Shown here: positions 1-8,978 of the stretch, piece after piece
How the letters are laid out: each line of letters begins with the position of its first letter
Position numbering within the stretch: position 1 is the first letter of the stretch
Notes under the pieces: generated by a model
What the model saw: only the letters and a program-made list of their open reading frames with translations
Database searches by the model: none
Told to the model about the DNA's origin: nothing
Assembly (NCBI GenBank): GCA_965223795.1
Contig: CBDCXL010000002.1
Coordinates: 2,048,001 to 2,112,000 of the forward strand
From: Nitrospinales bacterium
Lineage (GTDB): Bacteria > Nitrospinota > Nitrospinia > Nitrospinales > VA-1
Direction of reading: 5' to 3'
DNA: 64,000 bases
Position numbers and translations under genes: made by a program

Positions 1-352
1 TGCGCGGCGAGGGCGTGTCGTTGAGTTCCGCCGCCAGGATCACGTTCTCCAGTGCGGTCAACGTGGGGATGAGGTGGAAATTCTGGAAGATGAAACCGAA
101 GCGCCGCCCGCGCAGGGAGGCCAGTGCATCCTCATCGAGTTTCGTGATATCCTGACCGTCTATCACGATGCTGCCGCTTGTGGGCGCGTCCAGCCCGGCG
201 ACCAGGCTGAGCAGGGTGGTCTTGCCGCTGCCCGAAGGGCCGGTGACGGCAACGAACTGGCCGCTGGGGATGGTGAGGTCGATGCCGTTTAAAATATCCA
301 CCCGGTGGCCGCCTCCGTGGAGGCTTTTTTTCAACTGACGGATCTGAATCAC
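1..352 (-). CDS. ABC transporter ATP-binding protein (YbbA/LolD-like), truncated by the window edge
   Basis: Manual minus-strand translation from GTG at 352: VIQIRQLKKSLHGGGHRVDILNGIDLTIPSGQFVAVTGPSGSGKTT (Walker A) ... GFIFQNFHLIPTLTALENV. Divergent from a tesA-like gene, as in E. coli tesA-ybbA. Absent from the ORF track because it runs off the edge. Confidence 0.9.
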   Translation of the reverse strand, partial: MIQIRQLKKSLHGGGHRVDILNGIDLTIPSGQFVAVTGPSGSGKTTLLSLVAGLDAPTSGSIVIDGQDITKLDEDALASLRGRRFGFIFQNFHLIPTLTALENVILAAELNDTPSPR

Positions 353-416
353 GACGCGTTTCCTTAAAGTGCGATTGAATTTTATTTGAGATCACTCACT
401 ATTTTAATATAAAACC

Positions 417-1088
417 ATGCGGGATCGTTCAATCAGTTTAACACGCACAGCGCGCGCGTCGCTTGCCGCCGCGGCCTTGTGGATTGTGACAGCGCTGTTC
501 GCGTTCGCTTCGCACGTTTATGCGGATGATGCACCGGTGATACTGGCTTTCGGCGACAGCCTGACAGCGGGGTTCGGGGTTCCGGACCACGAAAACTATC
601 CCTCGCGCCTGCAGAAAATGCTGCAGGAGAAAGGCTACCCCCACCGCGTGGTCAACGCCGGGGTGAGCGGCGACACCACGGCAGGCGGCGCCCGGCGCAT
701 CCACTGGGTGCTGAAGCACAATCCCAAGATCGTGATCCTGGCTCTGGGCGCCAACGACGGATTGCGCGGACTTCCGGTCGCCGAAATGCGGGCCAACCTG
801 CAGTCGATCATCGACGCCTGCAAAGAGAAGAACGCGCGGGTCCTGCTCACGGGGATGAAGGTGCCGCCCAATTACGGCGACACGTATTCGCGGGAGTTCG
901 AGGCGGTGTTCGCCCGCCTCGCTAAAGAAAACGGGCTTGCGTTCATGCCGTTTTTGCTGGAAGGCATCGCCGCGAAACGGGAATACACGCAGCCGGACGG
1001 CATCCATCCGGAAGGCTCTGGGTACGCGGTGCTGGCGGCGAATGTCTGGGACTTTCTGGAACCCATGCTGAAACAATCTCCCTCCTGA
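417..1088 (+). CDS. tesA: Arylesterase/acyl-CoA thioesterase I, SGNH/GDSL hydrolase with signal peptide
   Basis: FGDSLTAG, NAGVSGDTT, LGANDG and DGIHP blocks; hydrophobic N-terminus. Confidence 0.88.
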   Translation: MRDRSISLTRTARASLAAAALWIVTALFAFASHVYADDAPVILAFGDSLTAGFGVPDHENYPSRLQKMLQEKGYPHRVVNAGVSGDTTAGGARRIHWVLKHNPKIVILALGANDGLRGLPVAEMRANLQSIIDACKEKNARVLLTGMKVPPNYGDTYSREFEAVFARLAKENGLAFMPFLLEGIAAKREYTQPDGIHPEGSGYAVLAANVWDFLEPMLKQSPS

Positions 1089-1089
1089 T

Positions 1090-2193
1090 TCACCGGCTTG
1101 CCTCGACGAAGCGCAGCCATTGCGCGTGCGCGGTTCCGCTTATAAGTACGGAGGCGGCGGCTTCGAACCCGGCACCAAACGTTTCACAATCCCCGAGAAG
1201 GTGCAGCAGGCTTCCCGCCTGGTGCGCGATGAGAGGCGCGGCGGGACCTTCGTTTGCCTTCAGCGCCGTTTCTCCAAGCTCCGCCAGCAGGTTGAGAGAA
1301 AGCGTCTCTTTTTTCAGGTCCGCGTAGGCGCCGCTGACGGCGTTGGCCATGCGTTTGTCCGGATACATGGCCTGCAAAGTCAGTTTCATTTCGCGGGGGG
1401 GCTCGCCGGTGGCATGAAGGTGCACGTGCGCGTCCTTGTGCACGGCGAACAGCGTGGTGCCTTCCATGCCGTTGCCGATGACGGCGGCGTCGAAGCCCGC
1501 CTCCTGCGCCACGGCCAGCATGGGGATCTCGTAGCCTTTGTGGAAGTAACCGGTGGCGAGAACATTGCGTTCGGCCTTGAGCGGCAGCAGCATCTTCTCC
1601 AGCGTCGCCAGGATGGGACGCTTGACGATCTCTTCCCTGAGCTTCCTCAAATTTTCCAGTTTGGGATGGGTGTGGCGGGTGCTGAACAAACCGAACCGGA
1701 ATCGTTTGAGCATCTCTAACCGCCGATCGAAGCTCAGCTCTTCGGGAACCTGGTAATGGCCGGTGAGGATGCGCTCGAAGGTGATGCCCGATTTGGGCGG
1801 CAGCGGCGCACTGGAATGGCCGTAGGCGGGAAGGTCCAGCTGCGCCAGAACCGGGAGCGCGAACACACCGAAGTAGGCGACGCGGTTGAAGCCGTCGAAC
1901 GGGTCGGCTATCTGCAGCAAGCGGTCGAGGGGCACCGGACGCCGGATTGTGGTCTTATCCAGGGCGTCGAAGAAACCGAGGGTTTCGGCGACGGTTTCCC
2001 GCTTCATCCGCTGGGCGATGAGAAACGCCGCCGCCTGCGCCGGGGAGACGGTTTCGTCCAGGATCAGGTGCAGCGCGTCCCCGGCTTGGCTGCGGGTGAG
2101 GTCCTTGCTCATCCGGGGGCCGGCGGCGACGCGGCCGATGTATTCCTTCATCCGATCCCGGCCCGGAGGCGCGGGGCTGTCTTTGTTTTCCAT
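1090..2193 (-). CDS. Anthranilate phosphoribosyltransferase-like protein (YbiB/CnaT-type TrpD paralog)
   Basis: N-terminal SKDLTRSQA...AQAAAFLIAQRMKRET helical domain; lacks the canonical TrpD GTGGD motif (has ADPFDGFNR). Confidence 0.7.
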   Translation of the reverse strand: MENKDSPAPPGRDRMKEYIGRVAAGPRMSKDLTRSQAGDALHLILDETVSPAQAAAFLIAQRMKRETVAETLGFFDALDKTTIRRPVPLDRLLQIADPFDGFNRVAYFGVFALPVLAQLDLPAYGHSSAPLPPKSGITFERILTGHYQVPEELSFDRRLEMLKRFRFGLFSTRHTHPKLENLRKLREEIVKRPILATLEKMLLPLKAERNVLATGYFHKGYEIPMLAVAQEAGFDAAVIGNGMEGTTLFAVHKDAHVHLHATGEPPREMKLTLQAMYPDKRMANAVSGAYADLKKETLSLNLLAELGETALKANEGPAAPLIAHQAGSLLHLLGDCETFGAGFEAAASVLISGTAHAQWLRFVEASR

Positions 2194-2210
2194 GAGAGAG
2201 TGAACCGTGG

Positions 2211-2225
2211 TTTCATGCCATGAAA
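2211..2225. promoter_or_regulatory. Perfect inverted repeat TTTCATG-C-CATGAAA, candidate operator
   Basis: 7-bp arms with 1-nt spacer in the divergent intergenic region, just upstream of the TrpD-like start codon. Confidence 0.3.
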
Positions 2226-2341
2226 TGGGGTATCATGGCACTCTGCGCCCTGTTGTGAAGGTTTGTGCGTGTTGCCTGTATCTGAGGCCGGCCCCGCGGC
2301 CGCCTCCCGTTGAACTTCTATTTTGAGAAAGAAAACGCCGT

Positions 2342-4063
2342 TTGAATCCGAGCCTGAAAACCGAGCCGTTTGACACCGCCGCTGCGGCACCTTCCCTGCA
2401 TCCGGTGAAGGTGCTCTTGGTCTACCCCTATACCACGGACGTGGCGCTCGCCAACCTCGGATTTCAGCAGGTGCACGCGCTGCTCAACGGCATCGACGGG
2501 GTCGTGTGCGACCGCTACAGCCTGCCCGCCGGATGGAAACCGGAGGTGACGTCGATGCCCCCCAGGGCGCTGCTGTCGCACGAACTCAAAATGCGCCCGC
2601 ACGATTTCGACATGATCGCGTTTTCGGTCTCCTTCGAGCCGGATTACCTGCACGTCGCGGCGATCCTCAAGTATTTTAACATCCCTCTGGAGCGGAACCG
2701 CCGGAATGCGCGTTTTCCGCTCATCCTGGCGGGCGGCTCCGCGGTGTTCATCAACCCGGAACCGCTTGCGGAAATCGTCGATGCGTTTTTCGTGGGCGAG
2801 GGCGAAGGGCTGGCGGAAGCGTTTTTCCAATTGTACACGGGCACGGGCTGGGACGACCCGCGCGAACTGCTGCGGCGCGCGGCGGACATTCCCGGCATGT
2901 ACGTGCCCCGGTTTTACCGGCCTGAAAACGAAGACGGCGCGTTCACCGGCTACATGGTGGCGGCGGGCGTTCCGGCGCGCGTGTGGCGGCACTGGACGGC
3001 GAAGGCCGAGGATCTGTGCACGCATTCGCACATCCACGATGAGGTCTCGACGTTCAAGGACATGGCGTTGATGGAGGTGACACGCGGTTGCATCTGGGCT
3101 TGCCGCTTCTGCACGGCGGGCTTCATCTACCGGCCGCCGCGGGTTCCGGACCTCAAACGCACGTATCAGGCGCTTGAGGACACGCTGAACGGGCAAAGCA
3201 GCGCGATTTCCACGGTGGGGCTGGTGGGGCCCTCGGTCACCGACCACCCGGAGCTGCTGCCGCTGGCGAAGCGGATCATCGAGCAGGGCCGAAAGCTGTC
3301 GTTTTCCTCGCTGCGCATGGAAACACTGACGGACGAGCTGGTGGACCTCATCATCCGGAGCGGCCAGAAAACCCTGACGGTGGCGGTGGACGGGCCGTCC
3401 GAACGCATGCGCAACGTGATCAACAAGGCGGCGACGGACGCGTTCATCGTCGAGAAATGCCGGTTCCTTGCCGAGAAGGGGATCCTGCATCTGAAGATTT
3501 ACTCGATCATCGGCCTGCCCGAGGAAACCGACGAGGACATTGATAGTTTCATTGCGCTGGTGGAGCAGGTGATGCGTGTGTATGTGGAGGCGTCGCGCAG
3601 GCGCGGGCGCATCGGGCACGTGATCATCAGCCTGAGTCCGCTGATCCCGAAACCGGGGACGCCGTTTCAATGGCACCCGATGGAACCGGTGGCCAGCCTG
3701 AAAAAGAAATTCATGCGGGTGCGCAAGGCGCTGGGCCGGCAGCCGCACCTCAAGCTCAGCCTGGGCTCACCCAAAGAAGCGTACCTGCAGACCTACCTGT
3801 CGCGCGGCGACCGCAGCCTGCTGGCTTTTTTCAGACATTACCTGGACAACGGGCACGACGCCCAGGATGCGGTGAAGGCCTTCCGCGAAAGCGCGGACCG
3901 CTTCGTGTACCGGCAGTATGAAAGGGACGACGCATTGCCCTGGGACATCGTCGATCACGGCTACAAGAACGATTTTCTCTGGCAGGACTACCAGCGCGGT
4001 CTCAAAGAAGCGCACACGCCTGTGTGCGACACGGCGGTGTGCAAAATCTGCGGCATTTGTTGA
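2342..4063 (+). CDS. Radical SAM protein (TIGR03960/YgiQ-like architecture)
   Basis: EVTRGCIWACRFC (CxxxCxxC); N-terminal ANLGFQ...GGSAVFINPEP domain; Cys-rich C-terminus CDTAVCKICGIC. Confidence 0.85.
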   Translation: MNPSLKTEPFDTAAAAPSLHPVKVLLVYPYTTDVALANLGFQQVHALLNGIDGVVCDRYSLPAGWKPEVTSMPPRALLSHELKMRPHDFDMIAFSVSFEPDYLHVAAILKYFNIPLERNRRNARFPLILAGGSAVFINPEPLAEIVDAFFVGEGEGLAEAFFQLYTGTGWDDPRELLRRAADIPGMYVPRFYRPENEDGAFTGYMVAAGVPARVWRHWTAKAEDLCTHSHIHDEVSTFKDMALMEVTRGCIWACRFCTAGFIYRPPRVPDLKRTYQALEDTLNGQSSAISTVGLVGPSVTDHPELLPLAKRIIEQGRKLSFSSLRMETLTDELVDLIIRSGQKTLTVAVDGPSERMRNVINKAATDAFIVEKCRFLAEKGILHLKIYSIIGLPEETDEDIDSFIALVEQVMRVYVEASRRRGRIGHVIISLSPLIPKPGTPFQWHPMEPVASLKKKFMRVRKALGRQPHLKLSLGSPKEAYLQTYLSRGDRSLLAFFRHYLDNGHDAQDAVKAFRESADRFVYRQYERDDALPWDIVDHGYKNDFLWQDYQRGLKEAHTPVCDTAVCKICGIC

Positions 4064-4085
4064 TCTCCTTTTCAAATTCATTTCG

Positions 4086-5009
4086 ATGAATCTGATTCCC
4101 GCCTACAATTCCGAACGCATGCACAAGCTGGCGCCGGGGGACCGGTTTTTCGACATCAACGCCTGGTGGTATCCGGCGAATCAGCGCGTGGTGCACTGGC
4201 TGTATGCCCGGCCGGTGTCGGCGAACCAGGTCACGGCGCTGACGCTGGTGCTGGGTTTTGCTTCCGCTTTATGGTTCCTGATTCCGGGAATCGTGGGGAG
4301 CATCCTGGGCGCGGTGTTTTTGTACGGCAAGATCTTCTTCGACAACGTGGACGGCAATCTGGCGCGCGTGCGGGGCGAGGTCTCGCGCTGCGGCCGTTTC
4401 CTCGACTCGCTCGCCGATTTCTGGGTTTCGTTCGCGGTGTACGCGGCGCTCAGCCACCGGCTGGCGTCGGCGGCGGGCGATGCGTTTTACTGGGCGCTGG
4501 GAGCGATCGCGTTTTTGAGCTGTCTTTTGCAATGCTCCTATTTCATCTTTTATCTGGTGAGCTACACCTCCCGCACCGGGGCTTACCGGCTGAACCGGGT
4601 GCGCGAGGATATAACGGCAGAAGATGAAACTGCGAGGCGGGCCGGGGAGCTGACCGGGAGCGTGTATTTTCTGCAAAAGCTGCACGGAGTGCTGTACGGC
4701 TGGCAGGACAGGCTGATCGAAATGCTGGACCGGTTCAGCCGCAGGCTGGCCGGCAGGTTCCGCTGGCCCATCGAGGAGGCGACGTGGTACGCGGACAAAC
4801 GCTTTTTATCCCTCAGCAGTCCGTTGTGCCTGTGCACCAACAACATGCTGCTGGTGGTGTTCGCGCTTCTGGGCCGTCCCGATCTTGCGTTTTACTTTAT
4901 CGTTGTCGCGGGAAACGGCTACCTTCTGGGGCTGCAGTTCTGGAAGGTGGTGCAGCACCGCGCCAGCTCGCCGCAGCTGGTCAACCGGCCGCTGGGTAAG
5001 TGCGGGTGA
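4086..5009 (+). CDS. CDP-alcohol phosphatidyltransferase family membrane protein
   Basis: ANQVT plus signature DNVDGNLARVRGEVSRCGRFLDSLAD; several TM segments. Start set at ATG 4086, after the upstream stop. Confidence 0.88.
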   Translation: MNLIPAYNSERMHKLAPGDRFFDINAWWYPANQRVVHWLYARPVSANQVTALTLVLGFASALWFLIPGIVGSILGAVFLYGKIFFDNVDGNLARVRGEVSRCGRFLDSLADFWVSFAVYAALSHRLASAAGDAFYWALGAIAFLSCLLQCSYFIFYLVSYTSRTGAYRLNRVREDITAEDETARRAGELTGSVYFLQKLHGVLYGWQDRLIEMLDRFSRRLAGRFRWPIEEATWYADKRFLSLSSPLCLCTNNMLLVVFALLGRPDLAFYFIVVAGNGYLLGLQFWKVVQHRASSPQLVNRPLGKCG

Positions 5010-5038
5010 GTGCGTGCCGGGAATGAAACCCGCGTCCG

Positions 5039-5719
5039 TCAATTGAGGCGCACGTCGATGCCGAGCGCTTTCAGGTTTTTCGAGCGCGCCACCAGCCCGA
5101 TCTTTTCCCTGAGCAGGGATTGCAGCCGGTCGGTTCTGCGGGGCACGTCGCGCTCTTCGAGAATCGCCTGCTTTTGTTCGGCGAGCAGGTTGAGCATGTA
5201 GGCCAGGTTGTCCACCAGCTCGCTCATGCGGGGGAAACTTTCCGCGCCGGGAATCTTCCTGGGTTTTTTGCCCGCGGGCAGGGCTTCGGCGTAGCGCTGC
5301 ACCTCGCGCATCAACGCTTCCACAGCCGGACTGGAGCCGGCTCCCAGCAAGATGTCGTTTTCGTCCTTGAGCACTTCGATCTCGGCCAGGCGGTAGGGTT
5401 TGCCGGGGATTTCGCGTGCGACGCGAAACCGGCTCTGGCCGCGCAGGACCATGTCGTACTTGCCGTCGGGAAATTCGATGTGGTGTTCGATCATGCCGAC
5501 GCAGCCCACCTCCACGATCGCCGGGGCGGCGTGGTAATTTTCCTCCCAGCCGGGTTTGAGCAGGACCATGCCGATGCGTCCTTCCCCCTTGAGCGCCTCA
5601 GAGACCATCTGCCGGTAACGGGGCTCGAAAATATGCAGGGGCAGGCGGGTTTTCGGGTAGAACACGGTCGAGGGCAGGGGAAACAGCGGTATGATCTGTT
5701 TTTTCGAGTCGGATTGCAT
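5039..5719 (-). CDS. Lon protease N-terminal (substrate-binding) domain protein, stand-alone
   Basis: IPLFPLPSTVFYPKTRLPLHIFEPRYRQMV; GCVG; LRGQSRFRV; no AAA or protease domain. Likely start ATG 5719. Confidence 0.88.
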   Translation of the reverse strand: MQSDSKKQIIPLFPLPSTVFYPKTRLPLHIFEPRYRQMVSEALKGEGRIGMVLLKPGWEENYHAAPAIVEVGCVGMIEHHIEFPDGKYDMVLRGQSRFRVAREIPGKPYRLAEIEVLKDENDILLGAGSSPAVEALMREVQRYAEALPAGKKPRKIPGAESFPRMSELVDNLAYMLNLLAEQKQAILEERDVPRRTDRLQSLLREKIGLVARSKNLKALGIDVRLN

Positions 5720-5893
5720 GCGGTCCCGGTATGTGTGCGAACCCCGGCAAAACGGCGTTTTACGCCGGTTGCGGGCGGTTTGGACACAATTCAAAACTTT
5801 GGTCTGGAAATCGCATCTAAACTATCAGCATTCGAACTGGTTTGACAGGGTTTATTGACAATCACGACGCAATTTTTTAGTCTGCCACGGAGT

Positions 5894-7303
5894 ATGGTCA
5901 CTCAGCCCGACGACAAATTCACCGCCATCAAGTCCTTTCTCATTCGATCGGGCCTCTATGCGGACGCTTCCGCCGCTGCGGACGATGCGGCGCACCACTG
6001 GCGCATCTCCCCGGAACCGTATTTCATCACTCCCGGTGAGCTGGATTTTTTCAACGCGCTGGGCACCCACCTCCACCATTTCTATTCGGCGCTCAACCGG
6101 CTTTACTGGGACAGCTTCAAGGGCAAGGCGCCCGCCTGGGTGGCGGAATACCTGGACCTTGGCAAACCGCAGCAGCTGATCGAAATGGGACGGATGAAGC
6201 GGTTCAAGCAGCAGCTTCCGGGAATCCTGCGTCCCGACGTGATCGTCACCGAGGACGGCTTTGCCATCACGGAGCTCGATTCGGTTCCCGGTGGTTTCGG
6301 CGCGACGGCGGGACTGATGTCTTTGTTTGAAGACGACGCCTTCCGGCTGGTGGGTGCGGAGGCGGGCGGCATTGCCGAACTGTTTTACCGCATGATGGAA
6401 ACGGTGGCGGAGACGCCGGGCTGCACGCTGGCGATCGTCGTCTCCGATGAAGCCAGCGATTACCGCGGCGAAATGGAATACCTGGCGGGCGAATTCAGGA
6501 AAACGGGACGCCCGGTGTATGCGGTGCATCCGCGCGATGTGATTTTCAAGGAAGAAGGGTTGTTCGTGCGCGACGGCGAACGGGACGTTGCGCTGGATGC
6601 GGTGTACCGTTTTTACGAGCTGTTCGATTTAAAAAACATTCCCAAGTCGGAACTGCTGCTTTACAGTCACAAAAAAAACAGGGTGCGGACCTCCCCGCCG
6701 TATAAGGCCTATCTGGAGGAAAAGCTGAGTTTTGCGCTGTTCCACCACCCTGCATTGCGGTCATTTTGGGAAAATGCCCTGGGGGGTGAAACTTTTGCAT
6801 TCCTATCTCATCTAATTCCAGAAACCTGGGTTCTCGACAACCGCAACCTGCCGCCGTACGGGGTGATCCCCGGTTTGACGCCGCGCGGGGCCCCGGTGGG
6901 GGGCTGGCACGAACTGTTCGAGCTGACCCAGAAAGAAAGAGAATTCGTGGTCAAGCCATCGGGATTTTCTCCCGAAGCCTGGGGGAGCCGTGGCGTGGTG
7001 GTGGGGCACGATGTTCCCGGCGAGCAATGGAAGGAAACGCTCAAGGCAAGCCTCGAACGGTTTGACACGCAGCCTTCCATTCTGCAGGTGTTCCGCAAGG
7101 GCAAAGTGGTGAGCCAAAGCTACTTCGATCCCGACACCGGAATGCAGAAGCAGATGCAAAGCCGGGTGCGGTTGACGCCCTATTATTTCGTGGTGGAAGG
7201 CGTTCCAAAGCTGGGCGGAATGCTGGCGACGCTGTGCCCCCACGACAAAAAAAAGATACACGGGATGGCAGACGCCATCATGGTTCCATGCGCCGTCAGG
7301 TGA
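5894..7303 (+). CDS. ATP-grasp amide ligase, glutathionylspermidine synthetase/circularly permuted type
   Basis: LRPDVIVTEDGFAITELDSVPGG (RxD...ExN/D metal-binding pattern), YLEEKLSFALF, VVKPSGFSPEAWGSRGVVVG, ILQ and VRLTPYY motifs. Confidence 0.7.
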   Translation: MVTQPDDKFTAIKSFLIRSGLYADASAAADDAAHHWRISPEPYFITPGELDFFNALGTHLHHFYSALNRLYWDSFKGKAPAWVAEYLDLGKPQQLIEMGRMKRFKQQLPGILRPDVIVTEDGFAITELDSVPGGFGATAGLMSLFEDDAFRLVGAEAGGIAELFYRMMETVAETPGCTLAIVVSDEASDYRGEMEYLAGEFRKTGRPVYAVHPRDVIFKEEGLFVRDGERDVALDAVYRFYELFDLKNIPKSELLLYSHKKNRVRTSPPYKAYLEEKLSFALFHHPALRSFWENALGGETFAFLSHLIPETWVLDNRNLPPYGVIPGLTPRGAPVGGWHELFELTQKEREFVVKPSGFSPEAWGSRGVVVGHDVPGEQWKETLKASLERFDTQPSILQVFRKGKVVSQSYFDPDTGMQKQMQSRVRLTPYYFVVEGVPKLGGMLATLCPHDKKKIHGMADAIMVPCAVR

Positions 7304-7339
7304 GTTGAAACACATCGCACATCGGGAAACGAAATCGCC

Positions 7340-7579
7340 ATGATCAAACTTTATAACATTGATGGATGTGGTTACTGTGCCATGGTCCGCTCGGTGCTCG
7401 AAGAGCTGGGGCTGGATTATGAAAAAATCGATGTTCCCTGGTCCCACCTGCAGCGGGAGGAAGTCTTCCGGGTATCGGGCCAGTATACCGTTCCGGTTAT
7501 GGTGGATGGTGATGTCGTGCTCGACGATGAATTCAAGATCATCGACTACCTCAAAAGCACCTATCCTGTTAATTCCTAA
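7340..7579 (+). CDS. Glutaredoxin-like protein (Grx/GST-N fold)
   Basis: CGYC active site and SGQYTVPVM (cis-Pro TVP motif); 79 aa. Confidence 0.88.
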   Translation: MIKLYNIDGCGYCAMVRSVLEELGLDYEKIDVPWSHLQREEVFRVSGQYTVPVMVDGDVVLDDEFKIIDYLKSTYPVNS

Positions 7580-7596
7580 TCGCTGAAAGGGGCAAC

Positions 7597-8748
7597 ATGG
7601 AACAGTGGCAAAAACTTCTGAGCCGCAGTGTGGTCAAGGTCGAAGACCTGCCTTTCCTGCCGGATTCCTCTCCCGAGTACCGGGAGAAACTGAAAAAAGT
7701 CACCGAGATTTTTCCGGTCCGGATCAACGGCTATTTCCTCGATCAGATCAAAGAGGAAAACGACCCCATGTGGAAGCAGGTGGTGCCGACGCTGGAGGAA
7801 CTGGACGATTTCATCAGCGACGAGCAGGCCCTCGATTCGGACCCCCTGAACGAAGAGGGCGACATGCCCGTTCCCGAGCTGGTGCACCGCTACCCGGACC
7901 GGGTGCTGCTCATGGTGAACAACCACTGCCCGATCATCTGCCGGTTCTGTACGCGCAAACGCAAGATCGGTATGCCCGGCATCGTGACGCGCGAAACGCT
8001 GCGCCGCGGCATCGAGTACATCCGCAATCATCCGGAGATCCGCGACGTGATCCTGTCCGGCGGCGATCCGCTACTGGTGCCGGATAAGGAACTGGACCGC
8101 ATTCTGGGCGAGCTCAGGTCGATCCCGCACCTGGAGATCATCCGCATCGGCACGCGCGTGCCCGGCACGCTGCCGCAGCGCGTGACCGAAAAACTGTGCG
8201 CGATTCTGAAAAAGCACCACCCGCTCTATTTCAACATGCACTTCAACCACCCGGCGGAGATCACGCCCGAGGTGGAAGAGGCCTGCAACCGGCTCGCCGA
8301 CACCGGCATCCCCCTGGGCAGCCAGACGGTGCTGCTGGAGGGGGTGAACGACGATTCGGAAACGATGAAAGAGCTGATGCACAAGCTGCTCAAGATGCGG
8401 GTGAAGCCGTATTACATCTACCAGGCCGACATGACCCTGGGCACCAATCATTTCCGCACCACGGTGCAGAAGGGCCTGGATATCCTCAACGACCTGATGG
8501 GCCACACCTCCGGCATGGGCGTGCCTTATTTTGTGATCGACACGCCCGGCGGCGGGGGCAAGGTGCGGCTGTTGCCCAATTCCGTCATCGAACACAACGA
8601 CAAGGAAGTGGTGATCCGCAATTTCGAGGGCAAGGTCTACCGCTATCCCCAGCCCAGCCAGCCCGTGAGCGGCCCGAAACACGGAAACGACACCGATGCC
8701 GCCAAAAGCACCGCGGCTCCGGAGAATCTCTGCCAGCTGCCCGCCTGA
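7597..8748 (+). CDS. kamA: KamA-family radical SAM enzyme, lysine 2,3-aminomutase
   Basis: HRYPDRVLL, CPIICRFC, LSGGDPL, RIGTRVP, HFNHP, QTVLL-GVND, YQAD and DTPGGGGK (PLP lysine). Confidence 0.88.
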   Translation: MEQWQKLLSRSVVKVEDLPFLPDSSPEYREKLKKVTEIFPVRINGYFLDQIKEENDPMWKQVVPTLEELDDFISDEQALDSDPLNEEGDMPVPELVHRYPDRVLLMVNNHCPIICRFCTRKRKIGMPGIVTRETLRRGIEYIRNHPEIRDVILSGGDPLLVPDKELDRILGELRSIPHLEIIRIGTRVPGTLPQRVTEKLCAILKKHHPLYFNMHFNHPAEITPEVEEACNRLADTGIPLGSQTVLLEGVNDDSETMKELMHKLLKMRVKPYYIYQADMTLGTNHFRTTVQKGLDILNDLMGHTSGMGVPYFVIDTPGGGGKVRLLPNSVIEHNDKEVVIRNFEGKVYRYPQPSQPVSGPKHGNDTDAAKSTAAPENLCQLPA

Positions 8749-8795
8749 TCTGAAACCCTTATATTCATTGAATTAACCAGCTTTCCGGCCGGAAT

Positions 8796-8817
8796 CGCGG
8801 GCGGTTTTGCGCCCGCG
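8796..8817 (+). terminator. GC-rich hairpin after kamA, possible terminator or stabiliser
   Basis: CGCGGGCG-GTTTTG-CGCCCGCG, perfect 8-bp stem; no clear U tract. Confidence 0.35.
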
Positions 8818-8927
8818 CTCCCCTGTATTGCGACCCCCTCCTGAAAACACCCTTCCGGCCGCCAAAACCCAGCTATCTCCCTGAAAAACAAAGATTTTAT
8901 TAGACTCCCATGCGGATTCGCGTTATA

Positions 8928-8964
8928 TTGAATTTATATAAATTTAACCAAAATTAACCAAATT
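8928..8964. promoter_or_regulatory. AT-rich palindrome plus tandem TTAACCAAA repeats upstream of the secretin operon
   Basis: AATTTATATAAATT (8931-8944) is a perfect palindrome, followed by TTAACCAAA twice at 10-bp spacing. Confidence 0.4.
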
Positions 8965-8978
8965 GGGGCGGGTCCCGC

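Noticed and set aside
2318..3748. Long antisense or alternate-frame ORFs (also 12105-13715, 15651-16991, 17613-19049, 26598-28295, 32631-34331, 34187-35686, 45793-47211, 50627-52096, 59938-61179)
   Set aside because: They shadow well-supported genes on the opposite strand, have no recognisable motifs, and are expected in high-GC DNA.
7597..8748. Calling the aminomutase EpmB or glutamate 2,3-aminomutase
   Set aside because: It has the KamA-type PGGGGK and both Asp positions, and no efp/epmA is adjacent. A role in EF-P modification in trans is not excluded.
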